From Chitinophaga pinensis (GTDB taxonomy: Bacteria; Bacteroidota; Bacteroidia; NS11-12g; UBA955), in contig CAMBBZ010000002.1 in the NCBI GenBank assembly GCA_945863965.1, positions 1 to 49,472 on the forward strand: DNA of 49,472 nucleotides, given 5' to 3'. The position numbers and the translations under genes were made by a program. Below the pieces are notes generated by a model that had not been told where the DNA came from, searched no databases, and saw nothing but the letters and a program-made list of their open reading frames with translations. Positions 45,726-49,472 of the stretch are shown here, piece after piece (position 1 is the stretch's first letter; each line of letters opens with the position of its first letter).

Positions 45726-46592
45726 TTACTGAGGTGTTTTCTCTACGAAACTCTTATAGTTTTCAATAGCCTTGAAAATTCCATTGGCGATGGTGTTTCT
45801 ACCTTCATCAGAAGCGAGATATTTACGATCCTCTGGATTGGTAATAAAGCCTGTTTCGACCAAAATTGAGGGCATGGATGTTTTCCAGAGGACTAAAAAA
45901 CCTGCTTGTTTGACTCCCCTGCTTCGAATTTGGGATATTTTACCTGTCTCGGTTTCCACATAAGAAGAAAGTCGTAGGCTCTGATTCATGTAGGCATTTT
46001 GAACTAATGAAAAAATGATATGACTTTCAGGAGAGTTGGGATCAAAACCTCCATAGCGATCGTTATCCCGATAATCTGCCTCATAAGTGATGGCCGCATT
46101 CTCGCGCTTGGCTACATCTAAATTCCCCTCATTAACATGCAAACCCATGAAATAGGTTTCGCTGCCATGGGCTTTGGGATTATTATTGGCATTGCAATGA
46201 ATACTTATAAATAGATCCGCCTCATTGCGATTAGCAAAATTAGGCCGTTCCCAAAGTTTGACCGACTTATCCGACTTTCTCGTATACAAAACCCGTACCT
46301 CGGGCATTTTCTCTTCAATAATTTTGCCTAAACGCAATGCCAAATCCAACGTTACTTCTTTTTCGAGAAATTCCCGACTCCCTTTAATGCCGGGTGCACC
46401 CGTATCTTCTCCGCCATGACCTGCATCTAAAACTATCGTTTGAATCTTATCAATTTTACGTTGGGGAAATTTCGCAGCGGGCATAAAACACATTAATATT
46501 GCACCAACAAAAAAAGTGCTGAAAAATTTTACAGCCTTATTTTGCGTTAAACCCCAAGGAAATGAACTTTGTTTTTTGCGTTTTTCGTACAT
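45726..46592 (-). CDS. N-acetylmuramoyl-L-alanine amidase (Amidase_3)
   Basis: IVLDAGHGGEDTGAPG, FISIHCNA and ETGFITN motifs, with an N-terminal TM/signal segment. Confidence 0.9.
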   Translation of the reverse strand: MYEKRKKQSSFPWGLTQNKAVKFFSTFFVGAILMCFMPAAKFPQRKIDKIQTIVLDAGHGGEDTGAPGIKGSREFLEKEVTLDLALRLGKIIEEKMPEVRVLYTRKSDKSVKLWERPNFANRNEADLFISIHCNANNNPKAHGSETYFMGLHVNEGNLDVAKRENAAITYEADYRDNDRYGGFDPNSPESHIIFSLVQNAYMNQSLRLSSYVETETGKISQIRSRGVKQAGFLVLWKTSMPSILVETGFITNPEDRKYLASDEGRNTIANGIFKAIENYKSFVEKTPQ

Positions 46593-46654
46593 ATTGGTTA
46601 CTTACTATAGATGTATCAATATCCTTGCCGAAATTCGTGCTTTGTTTTAGATAA

Positions 46655-49243
46655 ATGACAAAAAGCATCCGAAATCATATCATCATTGCCCTGTGGATTC
46701 TTTTTTGTCCGGCAATCTATGCGCAAACGCTCCTAGATACATCCGTAAGCACCGCCGACACGTCTATTTTAATAGACAAGCTAGATTCCCTTCCAAACAA
46801 AAAAAATGGCTTTAACGAAATTGTTACGTTCGAAGCGGAAGATTCGATGGTATTATTATTCAACCAAAAGTACGTATACCTATATAACCAAGCCAAAATC
46901 AATTCCCCAAAAACGAACCTTGAGTCCTACCACATAGGAATTTCCCTAGAAACTAAAGAATTATTCGCAAAGGGGTATGTCGATTCCTTAAATCGATATA
47001 GAGATAAACCCCTTTTAAAGGATGAGGGTGAAAGTTACACCGCAGACAGTATGCACTACAATAGTAACACGGGAAAAGGTCGTGTGTATGGATTGCGCTT
47101 AGCACAAGAAGAGGCCCATATCCATTTGGGTAAAGTTTTGAAAGAAGCGAATGGTAATTTTACCGGTGTAAAAGGAAAAATTACTACCTGCGATGCCGAT
47201 CACCCCCACTTTTATCTCAACACATCTAAAGTAAAAGTGATACCCAACAACAAAGCGCTATTCGGAGCCGCTAACTTGGTTTTCTTAGGCATTCCAACAC
47301 CCATTGCCCTACCCTTCGGACTGGCCCCTTTGAAAAAAGGACAACGTGATGGCATTTTGTTTCCAAGCTTGGGATTCAACGCGATAAATAAAAGCTTTTA
47401 CCTACAAAACTTTGGCTACTACATCGGCTTGGGCGAACACTCCGACATTCAGATTAATTCAGACGCTTATTTAAATGGAGATTTTCGACTGGGCATGATG
47501 ACCCAGTATGTGAAGCGCTATGTTTTCCAAGGGAATTTAGGCTTACAATTTAGTCGGTTCTCCAATGGTTTTGAACGAACGTCACCGCAATTTGGCCGCA
47601 CCAATGACTTTGCCATTCGCTCACAATTCAACTTGGATCCCAAATACCTTCCTGGGGTACGTTTGGGAGGAAATATTAATGTCGTTACTTCCGGATATAA
47701 CCAAAGAAATAGTCGCGATTTAAATTCACTAAGCAACAATCAATTCACGAGCAGTATTAATTATGGCCAATCCTTTTTTAGTAATAAAGTCAACCTTTCG
47801 ATGGCGGCGCGACATACGCAAAATACCCAAACGCGCGATTTTAGATTGGAACTCCCCTCTGTCAATGTTGGTATTTCAAGCTTAACCCCTTTTGCCTCAA
47901 AAACAGGCAGCAACCAACGGTGGTATCAACAATTACGCTTAAGTTACAGCGGTAACATGGCCAATGTCATACAAACCAAAGACAGTATTTTGTTTTCACC
48001 GCGATATAAAGAAGCGTTACAAGATTTCAAATCTGGACTCAGTCATGCCATTCCTATTAGTACCAATATCAAAATGTTTAATGGCATATTAAATATTTCT
48101 CCTAGTTTAAGCTACCGCGAAAATTGGCATTTTAATGGACGAATTCAAGAAATAGATTCCCGCACCAATCGGGTCATCAACAGAGACACAACGGGCTTTT
48201 TCAGGCAATACGGCTACTCTTTTTCAGCAAGCGCCAAAACAAACATATACGGTACGCTCACCGACCTTAAATGGGGGAAAATTCAAGCCTTGAGACATAC
48301 AATTACACCTACTTTTGCCCTTTCGTACGCGCCTAACATTGATGCCATTGCCCGAGGTTGGACGCGCCGTTACACGGATACATCTGGAAGGATTATTAAT
48401 TACAACTTCTTTAGCAATAGCCCAATGGGTGGCATTGCCCAAAATCAATCGGGAAACATTAGTTTTGGAATAAACAACAACCTACAAGGTAAAAAAACTA
48501 TTTCTATTGATAGTAGTGGTAAAAGCAAATCCGAAAAATTTAATATAATTGACCAATTGAATATATCAGGAAACTATAATGTTTTTGCAGATAGTTTAAA
48601 ATTTTCCGACATACGTTTGAATTTCAATACGGTACTCTTTAAAATCATACGCATCAACGCCAATTCAAGCTACAGCCCTTATGTACGAACCAATTCGGGC
48701 GTAATGATTGATCGCTACTTGCTACAAGAGAATGGAAAATTAATGCGATTGAGGAGTGCCGGCATCAATTTAAATGCCACCCTAAATGCCAAAACATTTA
48801 GCAAAACACCGACTAAAAAACTAGAACCTAATAAAAAAATACGGGGCGAAGAACCTGAATTATTAGACATTCAAAATCAAATCGGAACCTTCTATGATTT
48901 TAATATTCCTTGGAATATTAATTTGGCCTATATGGCTAATTATAACGCCGAAAGCCCTGTACCCAATAACCGGATTTCAACCAATAGAATTCGGATTTCT
49001 GGCGATGTTTCTATTACGGAAAATTGGAAAATAGTATACGAAACGGGATACGATTTAAAAAGCAACATGCTCGACGGTTCAAGATTCTCCGTTGCTCGAA
49101 ACCTGCATTGTTGGCAATTAGAATTTAGTTGGATTCCTACTGGTTTTGGGCAGCAATGGTTGTTTACCTTGCGACCTGTAAGCCGCTTATTGCAAGATCT
49201 AAAACTGAACCGCAGGGTATATTCGAATCCAGCATTGATGTAA
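46655..49243 (+). CDS. LptD-like outer-membrane LPS-assembly protein (Bacteroidota long form)
   Basis: Signal peptide, an OstA/LptD_N-like jellyroll near the N-terminus, then about 600 aa of alternating beta-strand pattern. Divergent pairing with an amidase gene is common in Flavobacteriia. The family call is from memory, not from a search. Confidence 0.65.
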   Translation: MTKSIRNHIIIALWILFCPAIYAQTLLDTSVSTADTSILIDKLDSLPNKKNGFNEIVTFEAEDSMVLLFNQKYVYLYNQAKINSPKTNLESYHIGISLETKELFAKGYVDSLNRYRDKPLLKDEGESYTADSMHYNSNTGKGRVYGLRLAQEEAHIHLGKVLKEANGNFTGVKGKITTCDADHPHFYLNTSKVKVIPNNKALFGAANLVFLGIPTPIALPFGLAPLKKGQRDGILFPSLGFNAINKSFYLQNFGYYIGLGEHSDIQINSDAYLNGDFRLGMMTQYVKRYVFQGNLGLQFSRFSNGFERTSPQFGRTNDFAIRSQFNLDPKYLPGVRLGGNINVVTSGYNQRNSRDLNSLSNNQFTSSINYGQSFFSNKVNLSMAARHTQNTQTRDFRLELPSVNVGISSLTPFASKTGSNQRWYQQLRLSYSGNMANVIQTKDSILFSPRYKEALQDFKSGLSHAIPISTNIKMFNGILNISPSLSYRENWHFNGRIQEIDSRTNRVINRDTTGFFRQYGYSFSASAKTNIYGTLTDLKWGKIQALRHTITPTFALSYAPNIDAIARGWTRRYTDTSGRIINYNFFSNSPMGGIAQNQSGNISFGINNNLQGKKTISIDSSGKSKSEKFNIIDQLNISGNYNVFADSLKFSDIRLNFNTVLFKIIRINANSSYSPYVRTNSGVMIDRYLLQENGKLMRLRSAGINLNATLNAKTFSKTPTKKLEPNKKIRGEEPELLDIQNQIGTFYDFNIPWNINLAYMANYNAESPVPNNRISTNRIRISGDVSITENWKIVYETGYDLKSNMLDGSRFSVARNLHCWQLEFSWIPTGFGQQWLFTLRPVSRLLQDLKLNRRVYSNPALM

Positions 49244-49472
49244 TGAACTACTCAACGCATTATTTACACATCAACTAAAACATAGCCCTACACTTTTCCC
49301 TCAACCTCAGATGAACGAAGAGGAAGAACTTGGAGCTACTAACAATCCGATTGCCCCATAAAAACATCATTTCAAATCCCACTAGATCCAAAGATTTTTA
49401 GCTTATAGCTCCATAATAAAAGAGAAATAAAACGTATATTAGTTTGCCAAAATGAGATTTATTAGCCGTCAG

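Noticed and set aside
45418-45732. 104-aa ORF on the plus strand in the long intergenic region
   Set aside because: The composition is low-complexity and Leu/Asn/Lys/Thr-rich, as expected from translating AT-rich non-coding DNA. It has no motif, its 3' end runs into the convergent amidase gene, and there is no promoter-like box upstream. I treat it as non-coding.
49222-49230. ttcgaatcc, a tRNA T-arm-like string
   Set aside because: It lies inside the LptD-like coding frame and has no surrounding cloverleaf (acceptor or anticodon stems). I found no tRNA genes in the window.

Overview
This looks like a chromosomal segment from a Bacteroidota genome, probably Flavobacteriia-like. Four things support that: a T9SS C-terminal sorting domain, TAnnTTTG -7 promoter boxes, a long Ala/Glu-tailed S16, and a short lid-less ATP synthase epsilon. 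About two thirds of the window is ordinary housekeeping: GT2 mannosyltransferase, corA, pgk, glyQS, a UvrD-family helicase, rpsP-rimM-trmD, dcd, lepA, dprA, yidC, atpDC, an ECF sigma factor, an MCE/MlaD protein, an amidase and an LptD-like protein. Between the helicase and rpsP (about 9.8-25.2 kb) lies an AT-richer accessory block with no visible mobility genes. It starts with a three-gene signalling operon: a LuxR-type response regulator, a 7TM sensor with a degenerate kinase domain, and an intact 7TM histidine kinase. About 11 kb of mostly family-less genes follow. The most interesting candidate is a tight operon at 18634-22858. It encodes a J-domain-like membrane protein without the HPD motif, a 596-aa protein with a transmembrane hairpin and a long coiled coil, and a catalytically intact but lid-less Hsp70 paralogue. 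Two hyper-acidic repeat proteins flank this operon. One has 4 x 42-bp tandem repeats. The other keeps a nearly unbroken 21-bp/heptad register along almost its whole length. Both end in related Ala/Asp-rich tails. I found no rRNA, tRNA, CRISPR array, transposase or integrase. All family assignments come from motifs read by eye, and no database search was run.
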